DNA of 64,000 bases from Octopus vulgaris (lineage: Eukaryota), in contig OX597833.1 of NCBI GenBank assembly GCA_951406725.2, positions 44,950,001-45,014,000 of the forward strand. The letters are read 5' to 3'. The notes below the pieces were generated by a model. The model saw nothing but the letters and a program-made list of their open reading frames with translations, ran no database searches and was not told the origin of the DNA. This document shows positions 40,413 to 53,399 of this stretch, in pieces. How positions within the stretch are numbered: the first letter of the stretch is position 1; each line of letters opens with the position of its first letter. The translations under genes were made by a program, and so were the position numbers.

Positions 40413-40894
40413 GGGATGGTCATCTTTTTTTCATTTTCATGCCAAATAGACACATGCACTATATATTTGTTCTTCACTTGTTTATTACTCTTGCTATTTT
40501 AACCAACATCCAACGTCCAGAAACCTTTCATCATACATCTGTAACTAACCTCTTCAGCAACACTTTCCATATTTGTGTGTGCTCTTGTTCTGCTTATTCC
40601 ATTCTGTTCTTCTATGATGTGACCCATCATATGTGACCCACGATAGAAGAACAGAATGGAATAAGCAGAGCAAGAGCACACACGAATACGGAAAGTGTCA
40701 CTGAAGAGGTCTTAGAATGGAATAAGCAGAGCACACACAAATACAGTAAGTGCTGCTGAAGAGGTCACAGATGTGTGACAAAAGGTTTCTGGACGATGGA
40801 CATGAGTTAGAGTAAGAACAGTAATAAATGGGTGAAGAACGAATATATAGTGCACGTATCTATTTGGCAAAAAACAAAAAAGTATGACCATCCC
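40413..40894. repeat. ~480 bp imperfect foldback within the intron unit
   Basis: GGGATGGTCAT..ATGACCATCCC termini, centre ~40630; other copies at 49660-50040, half copies at 44145-44355 and 47570-47725. Confidence 0.9.
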
Positions 40895-41201
40895 CATATA
40901 CAGCAATATCTTTCAACACACGGTTTCCCAAAAGGAATCTTGCAACACAAATTCATAAATGTAGAAATTATTATTCTAATTAATTATTAATGCCATATTA
41001 ATACACACGTATATTTTCATCAACATATTTCTTTTTAAACATTATACAAAGAGAAAAGATACTGGCTGATATACATGTGACCTATACATATGAATGCACA
41101 AACACACACATGTGTGTACATGTCTTTATGTATGAGTATATATTTAGCTATATATACACTATATATACATATATGTATATATCACTTCCTTTTCTCCATA
41201 G

Positions 41202-41246
41202 GTATGCATAAGAAACACTGATGACACTCAGGCAGGAATATTCCAG
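41202..41246 (+). CDS. Micro-exon B of the ankyrin gene (45 nt, VCIRNTDDTQAGIFQ)
   Basis: CTTCCTTTTCTCCATAG acceptor, CAG|GTAAGT donor, phase 0-0, no stop. Confidence 0.72.
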
Positions 41247-42319
41247 GTAAGTAGCCATTGACCTGTGTTATTAATATTTATTAATTGCATTGTTTTCACT
41301 TAGAAAAAATATTTAAAACATTTACAGACACACATACAAACACAGTTATTTATAAACATCTGTGATTACACAAGTCTGACATTTTAAATGAAATAAATTA
41401 TGATTGTCTACTTATAGGTGATTCTGAAACATTTTTCATACTGATTTCAATAATGGTTTTAATTTTTGCCTATCACATACAGATTTTTCATAAATGTTTG
41501 CTAAAGATATGATTTTACTGGTCATTTGTTGTTTTGTAGCAGACTTCTAGGTAAAAGTATGATGAAATTAAGAACAAAAGACGAGATCAATAATAAGAAA
41601 TGAAGTTCTAATATCATTCGACCACGGTACTAGCTGAATATATTCTCAAGTCCACCATTTCATCAATCAGAGCAGCTTCCAAGCTTCACCACTATTTCAG
41701 TTCCCAACTAAATTGCAAACTGTTAATAGTTTTAAAGAGGACACCTCCTCAGCTATAGTTTGGCATAAATAGTTTGAGCCTTGGTTCAGTAGAAAAAAGT
41801 TAAAATATAAATATCTCCGACTTCAAGGAGTGGGCAGTAGGTAGATATACATCTTCAGTTAACATAAATTTTTCAATTTTAAATTAAAAGTATACTTTTC
41901 TTAGTCTTAAATGATAGAAAAATGCACAAGGAATTAAGAATCGCTAGTTGCATTGAACGAAAATTAATAGAAAAAGAGTTATGAAGTAAAATGTTAAGAA
42001 ATTTCCAGTCCATAAGTAAGGAAGTAAGGCTTCAGGAATAAGAATAAAGAATATATTTCTAAAATGAATGTTTACCATCTTTTGATACAAACACAACCCA
42101 GGCTATGCTTTCAGAGTTTTTGGATAAAGTTTTCAGAAATAAACCATTAAGTCGTCTATTGATTTTGTGAAATGTTCACAGCACCTGTTAGTTATAATTA
42201 TTACAATAATTAATTCTCAACATATACATTTTACACAGCATGTTTGTATAAACACTGTGCAGTGAGACTGACTAACTAGCTTGTACACATGTGGCCTATA
42301 CATACATACATACATACAT

Positions 42320-42374
<55 letters not shown>

Positions 42375-42435
42375 TACATATACATATCTTCATGCTTGTA
42401 TGTATATATATGTATATCTCAACCTAACTCTATAT

Positions 42436-42588
42436 ATTACACGGAAAAATATGAGGAATAGAAATGGTATTCTTAAGCTTATAAACCTGGAAAATTACAG
42501 GATCTATTATTACATTTGGAAAAGTTCAGGACTAGTTATTACATTTGGTAAAGTACAGAACAAGAAGATTTTGCTTAAAATATTGCAG
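42436..42588 (+). other. Exon-like segment C (153 nt open, phase 0-0) with damaged acceptor
   Basis: CAG|GTAAGG donor; upstream flank homologous to units B/E but the acceptor reads CTCTATAT; an internal in-frame CAG would give a 30-nt exon (42559-42588). Confidence 0.4.
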
Positions 42589-43945
42589 GTAAGGATCATC
42601 ATCATCATCATCGTTTAATGTCCGTTTTCCATGCCAGCATGGGTTAGAAGTTCAAATGACAAATTTAGATTTAGAAAATATTAGCATTCATTAAAACTAA
42701 AAGTTTTATTACACGTTATTACATTTATTTGTTATTGCTTGTTACTTCCTTTAAAAATAAAGAATAATTCAATTAAAATATTTTTTTTAATTATTAATTA
42801 ATAATTAGAAAGTTGAAAATAGTTTATAAAAAATAATTCTAGTACATAATTAGTTAGTACAATAATAATATATTAATTAAAATTAATTAACAAAATAATT
42901 CTATAACGAATATTTTCAAGATAAAAAAACGTTTTATAAATTGCAGAAGAAATTGTGCTATGACCTTTATATTAACAAGCCTAGTAGGAAGAGAGAGAGA
43001 GATGAAAAGTGAAAATTAGAGCAAAAGGCAACTGATTAAAATACAAACGTACATTGTCAATGAAATTATGAATGTGAAAGATTTATGAGTGTGTAAATTT
43101 TATTTTTTAATTGATATACAAAAGCAATAAAAAGAATGTTTAATTTAATGAGATGAAAACTATGAAATTCCTCACTGTGTCATAGAATTATATTATCACC
43201 CTGAAATTTGAGAAACAAACACTCATAACTATTTTCTTTTAGAACTTAATTGCATGAGATTGATACCATGAAATTCCTCGAATTGAGCTCTGTCATTTAA
43301 GCTTTACCCATTCATACTGATTGTCCATTTCAACTGGCACTTAATTTAAAGGGTGTGAAACAAATACTTGATACAAATTGTGATTTCTGTATGATCTGTA
43401 TCACAGTATGGAAGATGTTATTAATGTGTATGCAGTCGGTGTCAAACACATTTCAATGAAATTTTTTTTCAATTGTTATTTAGGTCAAAATAATAGTATC
43501 TGTGAATTTTCAGGCAATTTCATTCTCTAGAAAAATTTCAGCATTTTTGGGTTGATTAAAATATAGCTTGTTTTTAAAACAAAAAAGTTATTTATGCTTA
43601 AATCCAATTTTATGCCTTACTTATATTAATTTTCATATTTTACCTCCCAACTTTTTTAGCATTGAAGCTAAGATGAATATATTTTTTTCTTTATTTAGAT
43701 CTAAACTTGACTGGTGGTGTTACTTAGTCTCCTATAATGTCACTCCAAATTTTATTGTAAACATTGTTCTACTGGACCAATTTTTTTCTACTGGTTTTCC
43801 ATTTAGTTAAGAACTGAATTAGCGACAAGCTCTGAAAGGTGCTGCGTGTGAGTAAATTGCGTCCTTAAGAATATTATTCAGCTACTGCTGTAGTTGAATG
43901 ATACACTATATATACTATATATGTCTCATCTCTTTTTCTCCATAG

Positions 43946-43969
43946 TTATTTGAAAGCAGTCCAATACAG
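43946..43969 (+). CDS. Micro-exon D of the ankyrin gene (24 nt, LFESSPIQ)
   Basis: CTCTTTTTCTCCATAG acceptor, CAG|GTAAGG donor, phase 0-0. Confidence 0.7.
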
Positions 43970-44630
43970 GTAAGGGAACTAATCATCAACCTGTATTATT
44001 GATATTTATAACTGCATTGCTTTGGCTTAGAAAACCTATTTAAAACATTAACATCATCATCAGCATTGTTTAATGTCCACTTTCCTTGCTGGCATGGGTT
44101 GAACAACATGCTCTTTGCAGCATCATTAAATGTTTTTTTTTTATGATGTGACACATCATAGAAGAACAGAATGGAATAAGCAGAGGAAGAGCACACACGA
44201 ATACGGAAAGTGTCACTGAAGAGGTCACAGATGTGTGACATAAGGTTTCTGGTTGATGGACATGAGTTAGAGTAAGAACAGTAATAAATGGGTGAAGAAC
44301 AAATATAGAGTGCACGTATCTATTTGGCAAAAAAACAAAAAAATATGACCATCCCCATCTGCAGCAACTCATGGTATAACACGGGGAATCTTGCAACACA
44401 AATTCATGAAAATAGAATTATTATTCTAATTAATTATTAATACCATGTATATACACATGTATATTTTAATCAGCATATTTATGAAAACGTTATAGAATGA
44501 GAAAGGATACTGGCTGATATACATGTGGCCTATACATATGTATGCACAAACACACACACAGATACACACAAACATGTGTGCATGTTTCTATGTATGTGTA
44601 TATATTTATCTATATATATATATGGATATA

Positions 44631-44669
<39 letters not shown>

Positions 44670-44703
44670 TATGTATATATGTTTCACCTCCTTTTCTCTA
44701 TAG

Positions 44704-44751
44704 GCATATTCAAGAAACTTGCATCACTCTCTGTTCCCAGATTTCTTATAT
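44704..44751 (+). other. Micro-exon E (48 nt, AYSRNLHHSLFPDFLY), ancestral donor lost, in-frame cryptic GT
   Basis: CTCCTTTTCTCTATAG acceptor; paralog of exon B; the position homologous to GTAA reads ATAT, next GT (GTAACC) at 44752. Confidence 0.4.
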
Positions 44752-45249
44752 GTAACCATCAACCTGTGTTATTAAAATTTATAAATTGCATTGTTTGTGC
44801 TTAGAAAAATATTTTAAATGTTTACACACACTCTCTCACACACACACGCACATACACACAGAGTTATTTATATACATCTATTATTTACACAATGTTGATG
44901 AAATAAATTTTAAATGAAATAAATTATGATTGTCTACTTATAGGTGATTCTGAACAATTTTTAATCCTGATTTCAAATATGCTTTTAGTCTTTGCCTATC
45001 ACATGCAGATTTTGCATAAATGGCTGCTAAAGATATGATTTTTCTGGTCATTCGTTGCTTTTTGTGGCAGACTTGTAGGTAAAAGTATAATGAAATTAAG
45101 AACAAAAGACTAGAGCAATAATAAAAAATGATGTGAATAATGTATGTGGGCCATTTATTTGAATGGGCTTGCAAGAAGTTCTAATATTTAATTATTATTC
45201 TCTTATAATAATTCTACTTGTTTCTCCCTTATTTAGCCCGTCCATAATG

Positions 45250-46790
45250 TTTCCATATGTTATTATTGTCAATGAGTCTCTGTCACCTGACATCTACCAA
45301 TAGATTAAAATTGTTCAAAAAATCCGCACACAGAATAGGACATGGGAGATCAGCTATGACAAAAAATCCACCTAAAATCCCAGCGAAGATTGATGTCAAT
45401 ATGTAAGGAAACTTGACCGTAAGTCACAATGAGAGACTAATTGACTGCGTGCAAGGTGTTGGTGATCTCTGAATGCTTTGGCTTGTCTGTAGTGAGACAC
45501 AAAGGCCAAATAGAGCAACTAGAACCTGTGTCAACTATGAATGCCTTGTTAGACATGTGGTCCTTTACAAAAAATGCACAATTTGAGGATAATTGGCTGG
45601 AAGTGCTTGGTGTGCTCAAGCCCTCCACAGGTCGTTTCCTGACAACTGGGAAGAACAAGGCTGAATGCATTTACGGGTGTTATACTGATACCTGGAATGG
45701 TACCAACTAAGACCAGAACTAGATGAAAAGGAATCGGTTGAGCGTGAACGGGACCGGCTTCGACTGCGACAGTGCGAAGAGTTGAAGTGCTCTCCCCAAA
45801 GTGCATCCATCTGGCATGTTAAAGAAGCAAGTTTCTCCAAAATATCATCATGTGATGAGGAAGATGCAGTGGAGGAAATCTCTGAACAAGAGCAGACATG
45901 GTGAGTTGCTGGCTGGACAGAGAACTTATGAGTTTTATCAGCCATGGTAGCTAGTTGATCCACAGTGTTGGTATCAACCACTGTGGCTAAAATGGTTTGC
46001 ACATTGGGAGGTAGCCGGGAGAAGAAAAGCTTCCGTAAGAGCAAGTTGTCCTCAGTCGTGTCACTGAGCTTGTGTAGATGCCGTAAAAATTAAGATGGTG
46101 TCCTGTCTCCTAGCTCCTTGTCCCGCATTAGCTGCTTAAACTTAGACTCCGTGGATTTAGTGTTCTGTCAGAGAACCTTGGATTTGACTACTTCGTAAGT
46201 CGCATCCGGATGAGGATCGGTGATGAGATCCCTGACTAAATTAGCAAATGGTGCAAGAATGCCATAAAAGAGAAGATTTAATTGCCGCTGTGAAGGTCTG
46301 CATGTGCTGCAAAATATGCCTCCAACTGTGCGAAGCAAAGCGTGATGTCACCAGTGAAAGAAGGAAAATTAGGTAAACTTTTTTTTCCTGTCAGAGGAGA
46401 AAAAGAAAAGACCAAAAAACCAACAAAAGTGTTGCTGGAAATGTGTGTGTGAGAAAAAAGTTTTTCCTGAGCAAAATTTATAGAATCATGTACTGTATGC
46501 ACAGACAAAAAAAAATTTCATCACCAAACCTCTTGTTTTGCTGAAAGAAAACAAAAAAAAAAATGCCAAAAAAACTGATTGTATGTGTGCGCTTGTACCA
46601 ATAAATTTTTTTTTTTGTAAGTTGAAAAAGTCACGCGTGGTAAGTAGCTTGCTAACCAACCTCATGGTTCCGGGTTCAGTCCCACTGCGTGGCATCTTGG
46701 GCAAGTGTCTTCTACTATAGCCCCGGGCCGACCAATGCCTTGTGAGTGGATTTGGTAGACGGAAACTGAAAGAAGCCTGTCGTATATATG

Positions 46791-46821
<31 letters not shown>

Positions 46822-47393
46822 GTTGTGTGTCTGTGTTTGTCCCCCTATCATTGCCTGACAACCGATGCTGGTGTGTTTACATCCCCGTCACTTAGCGGTT
46901 CGGCAAAAGAGACCGATAGAATAAGTACTGGGCTTACAACGAATAAGTCCCGGGGTCGATTTGCTCGACTAAAGGCGGTGCTCCAGCATGGCCGCAGTCG
47001 AATGACTGAAACAAGTAAAAGAGAGAGAGTAAGTCTCAAGTAGAAATGCAAATTCACAACACCAGTTTTATTTACATGTGTGTCGCTCTCAGCATACCAT
47101 CTCAAGCTGTGTCCATCTCATTGTATCTCCATTGATGCAGATCCATTACATCTGGAGATATGACTAGCCTGGAGACCCAGCCAGCAAATATGTGCGTGTT
47201 CAGCAGGCACTTGCGATGAAGAAGAGACAGAATCTGTTTGTTGGGCCCTTATATCCAGTTTGCCATCACAAGCCTCGTTGTGATCTCGCGCATGGCGAAT
47301 GGATGCAAGTGAGATCTCACTCCAGTCTTGGAGATAGCAAAGGCTACCAGCGAGATCTCATTCAATATGGCACTGATTGCTTGTGCAGCTACA
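45250..47393 (-). mobile_element. Truncated Gypsy-like LTR retrotransposon (5' LTR ~47040-47393, decayed gag and protease)
   Basis: LTR TGTAGC..AATAAA..TTTCTAC; gag motifs FAQLEAYF, ELGDRTPS, FFSRLPPNVQTIL, WYH..Y...RKC..PC; protease FIVDTGSSCSI. The host unit resumes at 47394. Confidence 0.85.
46635..47031 (+). mobile_element. SINE family 1 nested in the Gypsy leader
   Basis: Family consensus, slightly 5'-truncated. Confidence 0.92.
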
Positions 47394-47759
47394 GATATGA
47401 TGATTTTTCTTGTCATTCATTGCCTTCTGTGGCAGACTTTTAGGTAAAAGTATGATGAATTTAAGAACAATAATAAGAGATATGGATAATGTATGTAGGC
47501 TACACGGTTAAGTGAGCTTACAAGAACAAGTCATAATATTTAATTATCATTATTATATTGTTGCATTTTGGGATGGTCATTATTTTCATTTTTTGGCCAA
47601 ATAGACACATGCACTGTATATTTGTTCCTCATCTGTTTATTGCTCTTCTTATTCTAACTTGCATCCAATTTTTCGTTACAAATCTGTGACCTCTTCAGCA
47701 ACACTTCCTGTATTTGTATGTGCTCTTTTAGTTTTTTATTTCCTGTTTTTCAGCTACTA

Positions 47760-48204
47760 TTTTCGGAAAGACTTTTTTGCCCCCACCATCCTCCCCCTCC
47801 TACTTCTTCATTTTCCATTTTTTCCGTAACTCTAACCCTAAAATCCCAACCCTAACCATAATCCTAAAACCTTAACCCTAACCCGAAAACCTTAAAGCTA
47901 AAACTAGTACAAAAGCACGAACGATGCCATAAATAACAGTGACAAATGAAATATACACCATCGATAGTTGTGGTTGACAAACAATGGCAGTAATGTTATT
48001 CAGCTGAATACAAGTCACTGATTGGTTGAAATTACCAAAATACAGCAACTTTAACACAAAATAACTTTGAAAATAGAAACTATTCTCAACAACACGAAGA
48101 ATAAAAGATGTTTTATATGACACATTCTACCAGTGTCTGAAGTTTGAAAGTGTTTAGTTACAAAAAATAAATTTCTCAATCTGCCTCTCAAAGGGAAAAG
48201 ATCC
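47760..48204 (-). mobile_element. GGATC-family MITE fragment with (CCCTAA)-like internal repeats
   Basis: Ends AAAGGGAAAAGATCC; uninterrupted relative of 22020-22705. Confidence 0.82.
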
Positions 48205-48209
48205 TAAAA

Positions 48210-48636
48210 TTTTCAGAAATAAGCCATGCAGTCAAGTATTAATTCTTTAAAATGGAAGATAAGAAAGTTCATTTTCAGCACTTGATGCTTTGGGAACCAG
48301 ACAAAAATTGCTGCAGCTCAGCTGGGATGTTTTACCCCACCCTCTATATTTACCATATATTGCTCCTTTGTATTTCCACTTATTCAGGTCTCTGCAGAAT
48401 AGTCTTAATGGTAAAAATTTCAATTCTTTGGATGATGTAAAAAGATACCTTGATGAATTCTTTGCCATAAAACCATCTCAATTCTGGGAAGAGGGTATTT
48501 TCAAGTTAAAGGAAAGATGGAGATGCATTGTGCAACGAAATGGTTCATATTTGGTTGATATAAAAATGTAATGGCAAGTATTTATTGACCTTTTTGTTTC
48601 TTTTAATAATCGGCATGAACTTTCCGGACAACCCAA
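48210..48636 (+). mobile_element. Internally deleted mariner
   Basis: MEDKKVHF fused to WDVLPHPLY..IAP..FHLFRSLQN..KLKERW; right TIR ..CCGGACAACCCAA-TA. Confidence 0.87.
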
Positions 48637-48679
48637 TATATGTATACACACACACACACACATATATATACATACATAC

Positions 48680-48872
48680 GTGCGGGTGGCACGTAAAAAG
48701 CACCCACTACACTCACGGAGTGGTTGGCGTTAGGAAGGGCATCCAGCCGTAGAAACACTGCCAGATCTGACTGGGCCTGACGAAGCCTTCCAGCTTCACA
48801 GACCCCAGTTGAACCGTCCAACCCATGCTAGCATGGAAAGCGGATGCTAAATGATGATGATGATGATGATGA
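48680..48872 (+). mobile_element. Young RTE 3' end fragment
   Basis: Same sequence as 33590-33785, (GAT)n tail. Confidence 0.9.
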
Positions 48873-49156
48873 TACACACACACAATTATATATATCTATG
48901 ATTACACAACCCTGCAATTTTAAATGAAATAAATGCTGATTATTTACTTATAGGTGATTTGGTGATTCGGAACTATTTTCTTATGTTCATTTCAAATACG
49001 TTTTTTGTTTTCACCTATCACGGGCAAATTTTCCATAAATGGCTGCTAAAGATATGATGATTTTTCTTGCCATTCATTGCCTTTTGTGACAGACATTTAG
49101 ATAAATGTATGATGAATTTAATAACAATAATAAGAAAGATATGGATAATGTGGATA

Positions 49157-49576
49157 GGCGCAGGAGTGGCTCTGTGGTAAGTAGCTTGCTTACCAACCAC
49201 ATGGTTCCTGGTTCAGTCCCTCTGCGTGGCATCTTGGGCAAGTGTCTTCTGCTATAGCCCCGGGCTGACCAATGCCTTGTGAGTGGATTTGGTAGACGGA
49301 AACTGAAAGAAACCTGTCGTATATATGTATATATATATGTATGTGTGTGTGTTTGTGTGTCTGTGTTTGTTCCCCTAGCATTGCTAGTGTGTTCCCCTAG
49401 CATTGCTGGTGTGTTTACGTCCCTGTCACTTAGCGGTTCGGCAAAAAGAGACCGATAGAATAAGTACTGGGGTTACAAAAAGAATAAGTCCCGGGGTCGA
49501 GTTGCTCGACTAAAGGCGGTGCTCCAGCATGGCCGCAGTCAAATGACTGAAACAAGTAAAAGAGAGAGTAAAGAGT
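49157..49576 (+). mobile_element. SINE family 1
   Basis: Full length; splits the intron unit at GATAATGT..TA. Confidence 0.93.
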
Positions 49577-51718
49577 AATGTATGTAAGCCACAGTTAAAC
49601 GAGCTTACAAGAAGAAATCATAATATTTAATTATTATTATTATTATTATATTGTATTTTGGGAGGTCATTATTTTCATTTTTTGGCCATATAGACACATG
49701 CTCTATATATTTATTCTTCACTTGTTGATTACTCTTCTTATTGTAATTCACATCCATTGTCTGGAAACCTTTTGTCACACATCTGTGGCCTCTTCAACAC
49801 TTTCTGCATTCGTGTTTGCTCTTCTTCCGCTTATTCCATTCTGTTCTTCTATGACGTGACACATCATAGAAGAATAGAATGGAATAAGCGGAGTAAGAGC
49901 ACACACAAATACAGTAAGTGTTGCTGAAGAGGTCACAGATGTGTGACAAAAGTTTTCTGGACGATGGACATGAGTTAGAGTAAGAACAGTAATAAATGAG
50001 TGAAGAATGAATATACAGTGTATGTATTTCTTTGGCAAATAAAAGCAACTATCTTGGGATGGGGAGAGGATGGATGGCATTGGGAGGGGAGGTAGAGGTG
50101 GTGGTGAGTGAAATATGTAATATTTTATTTTTGAACGTAGTTCTTTCTCTCTGTTTCTTTGCCTGTCTGAGATGCTTTCATGTGATTAGTTGATGGGAAA
50201 GGCAAAGCATGAAAGAAAATGGAGTGCGAAAAAGAGGTAAGACAAAGAGTGATAGAAAAAGAGGGCAAGTGCTGTGTATCTTGTCTATGAAGTTGTGCAT
50301 AAAGTATATAGAAGTGTATGTATAAAGTGCATTTAGTAATCATCGTTTTCCAATTTCCTTCACTTTTCAATGATTAGCAAACGAGCGACTGTCTTTTGAT
50401 ACAGACAAAACACAGGCTATGCTTTCAGATGTTTTGGATAAAGTTTTCAGATATAAGCTGTTAAGTCGACTATTAATTATGTGAAATATTCACGGGATCT
50501 ACGAGTTATTATTATTACTATAATTAATTATTTATCTCCTAATATAATAATGAGCGTATTGTCTTTATATTTTTGTATTTACATATATTTCTACAGAATC
50601 ACGCCAGATGCAGAGGAAGAGTTAAAATAGTATTTCACTGAAGGAGAAGTAGTAAGAGTAATAGCCCTGACTGAGGGGGATTGAGAGAAAGTAATAGCAA
50701 TGAGAGAAAGGAAGGGGTAATAGATAAATAAGGAAGTAAGGCATAAAAAAATAAAAATCAACGTTTTTATCTCCTTGTGAGTATATGTGTGTGTACAAGG
50801 GAAGTATGCGAATTTTTGTATATGTGATTACTATGTATCTTATTTTATACCTTATGAAACATCATCATCATCATCGTTTAACATCCGTTTTCCATGCTGG
50901 CACGGGTTGGATGGTTTGACTGAGGACTGGTGAGCCAGAAGGCTGTACCAGGCTCAGTCTGATCTGACAAAGTTTCTACAGCTGGATGCCCTTCCTAACA
51001 CCAACCACTCTGAATTTATGAAACTGCTACAGCCTAGAGATAAATTACTAAACACATACGATGAATGAGGAATCAAATGTGGACACAAAAGTAATTTTAC
51101 CTTTAATAAAATGAAATACTGAACTCCACCCCCTAGAATCTAATAACCACAAACTTTTGATTTCTACAGTACTTGAACAGATTATATAAATAATTAAATA
51201 AATCAATTAATTAAATATTACTAAAAATTCTAACAAATTATATAATCATACCTCCACATAGTTAGATTGGAGATAATAATAGAAGATAATTTAAATTAAT
51301 CTATGCATAGTGGCATTACTCCCCTTAGTACTAATCACACATAAATTCCTGTATTGCTCTGCTATCTTGACTTCCTTTAATAGCCATTTTGAAAGGCATC
51401 TTGGATCCATCAAAGAAGGATATGTATTTTATCTTACTTTTAACATTTAATCACATTTTTATTCTGATGTATATTTTATATCTTATATTTTGTATTTGAC
51501 ATTATATACTTGACTTTATAATTTAGATATATGTATACTAATTCATATATAAAATGTATAATTTATAATTTTTAATTCTTAACTTTATAAAGTATAATTT
51601 TTAATTTTTAATGTTTAATTTAACGCTTAATTTTGAGATTAACAATATCTTGAAAAAGAATTTGTAGATGTGTTGGTAGGATTGTAAATCTGATTATATA
51701 TATGTGTGTGTGTGTATG

Positions 51719-51783
<65 letters not shown>

Positions 51784-52025
51784 CTTAATCTTCATATACT
51801 GAAACATGTGCATTTCATTCATAACTGATACTTTTGACTTAAGTAGGAGATACTTAAGGAAGTATATTTTATACCCTGCTGGTATATTGGATATATCCTT
51901 TAAAATATATTTTGCAATGTGCAAATAGATACCATGATTTTACCATCAGATATACTCATTAGGTTATTTTTTTTAAATATTATCTGATATAGAATACCCG
52001 CATATTTATTAATCCCCAAAACTGA

Positions 52026-52843
<818 letters not shown>

Positions 52844-53350
52844 TCATCATCATCATCATCGTTTAACATCCGCTTTCCATGCTAGCATGGGTTGGACGAT
52901 TTGACTGAGGTCTGGTGAACCAGATGGCTGCACCAGGCTCCAATCTTCATCTGGCATAGTTTCTACAGCTGGATGCCCTTCCTAACACCAACCACTCCAA
53001 GAGTGTAGCAGGTGCTTTTATATGCCACCAGCACGGCAAGGGGCCAGTCAGGCGGTACTGGTAACGACCTCGCTCGAATCTTTTTAAATATGTCACCGGC
53101 ACATGTGCCAGTAAGGCGTTGCTGGTAACGATCACGCTCGAATGGTGCCTTTTATGTGCCACCGGCATGAAAGCCAGTTAGCCGCTCTGGTAACAATCAT
53201 GCTCGGATGGTGCTCTAAGCACCCTACTAGCACGGAGCACAAGTGCCAGTGAGGCAATGCTGGTAACAATCACACTCGAATGGTACCATTTATGTGCCAC
53301 TTGCACAGAAGCCGTTTAGCCACTCTGTCAACGATCACACTTGTATGGTG

Positions 53351-53353
<3 letters not shown>
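52844..53353 (-). mobile_element. RTE 3'UTR fragment with subrepeats
   Basis: (CAT)n, then AACATCCGCTTTCCATGCTAGCATGGGTTGG and tandem GGTAACGATCACGCTCGAATGGTGC units. Confidence 0.85.

Positions 53354-53394
<41 letters not shown>

Positions 53395-53399
<5 letters not shown>

Larger units (their letters stand above)
40075..50530 (+). repeat. Tandemly duplicated intron units of the ankyrin gene
   Basis: Segment ATCTATGATTACACAAG..AAATGGCTGCTAAAGATATGAT..TAGGTAAAAGTATGATGAA recurs at ~40075, 41355, 44875, 47394 (part) and 48890; 40930-41200 matches 44380-44700; 42080-42215 matches 50390-50530. Confidence 0.92.

Noticed and set aside
47825-47900. (CCCTAA)-like telomeric repeats
   Set aside because: Degenerate and internal to the GGATC MITE family (also near 23570 and 23830); not a telomere.
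50597-50641. Possible terminal exon NHARCRGRVKIVFH* after TTTCTACAG
   Set aside because: The phase fits, but the segment from ~50535 looks like the start of a Helitron-like repeat and lacks the cassette's acceptor flank; unsupported without transcripts.
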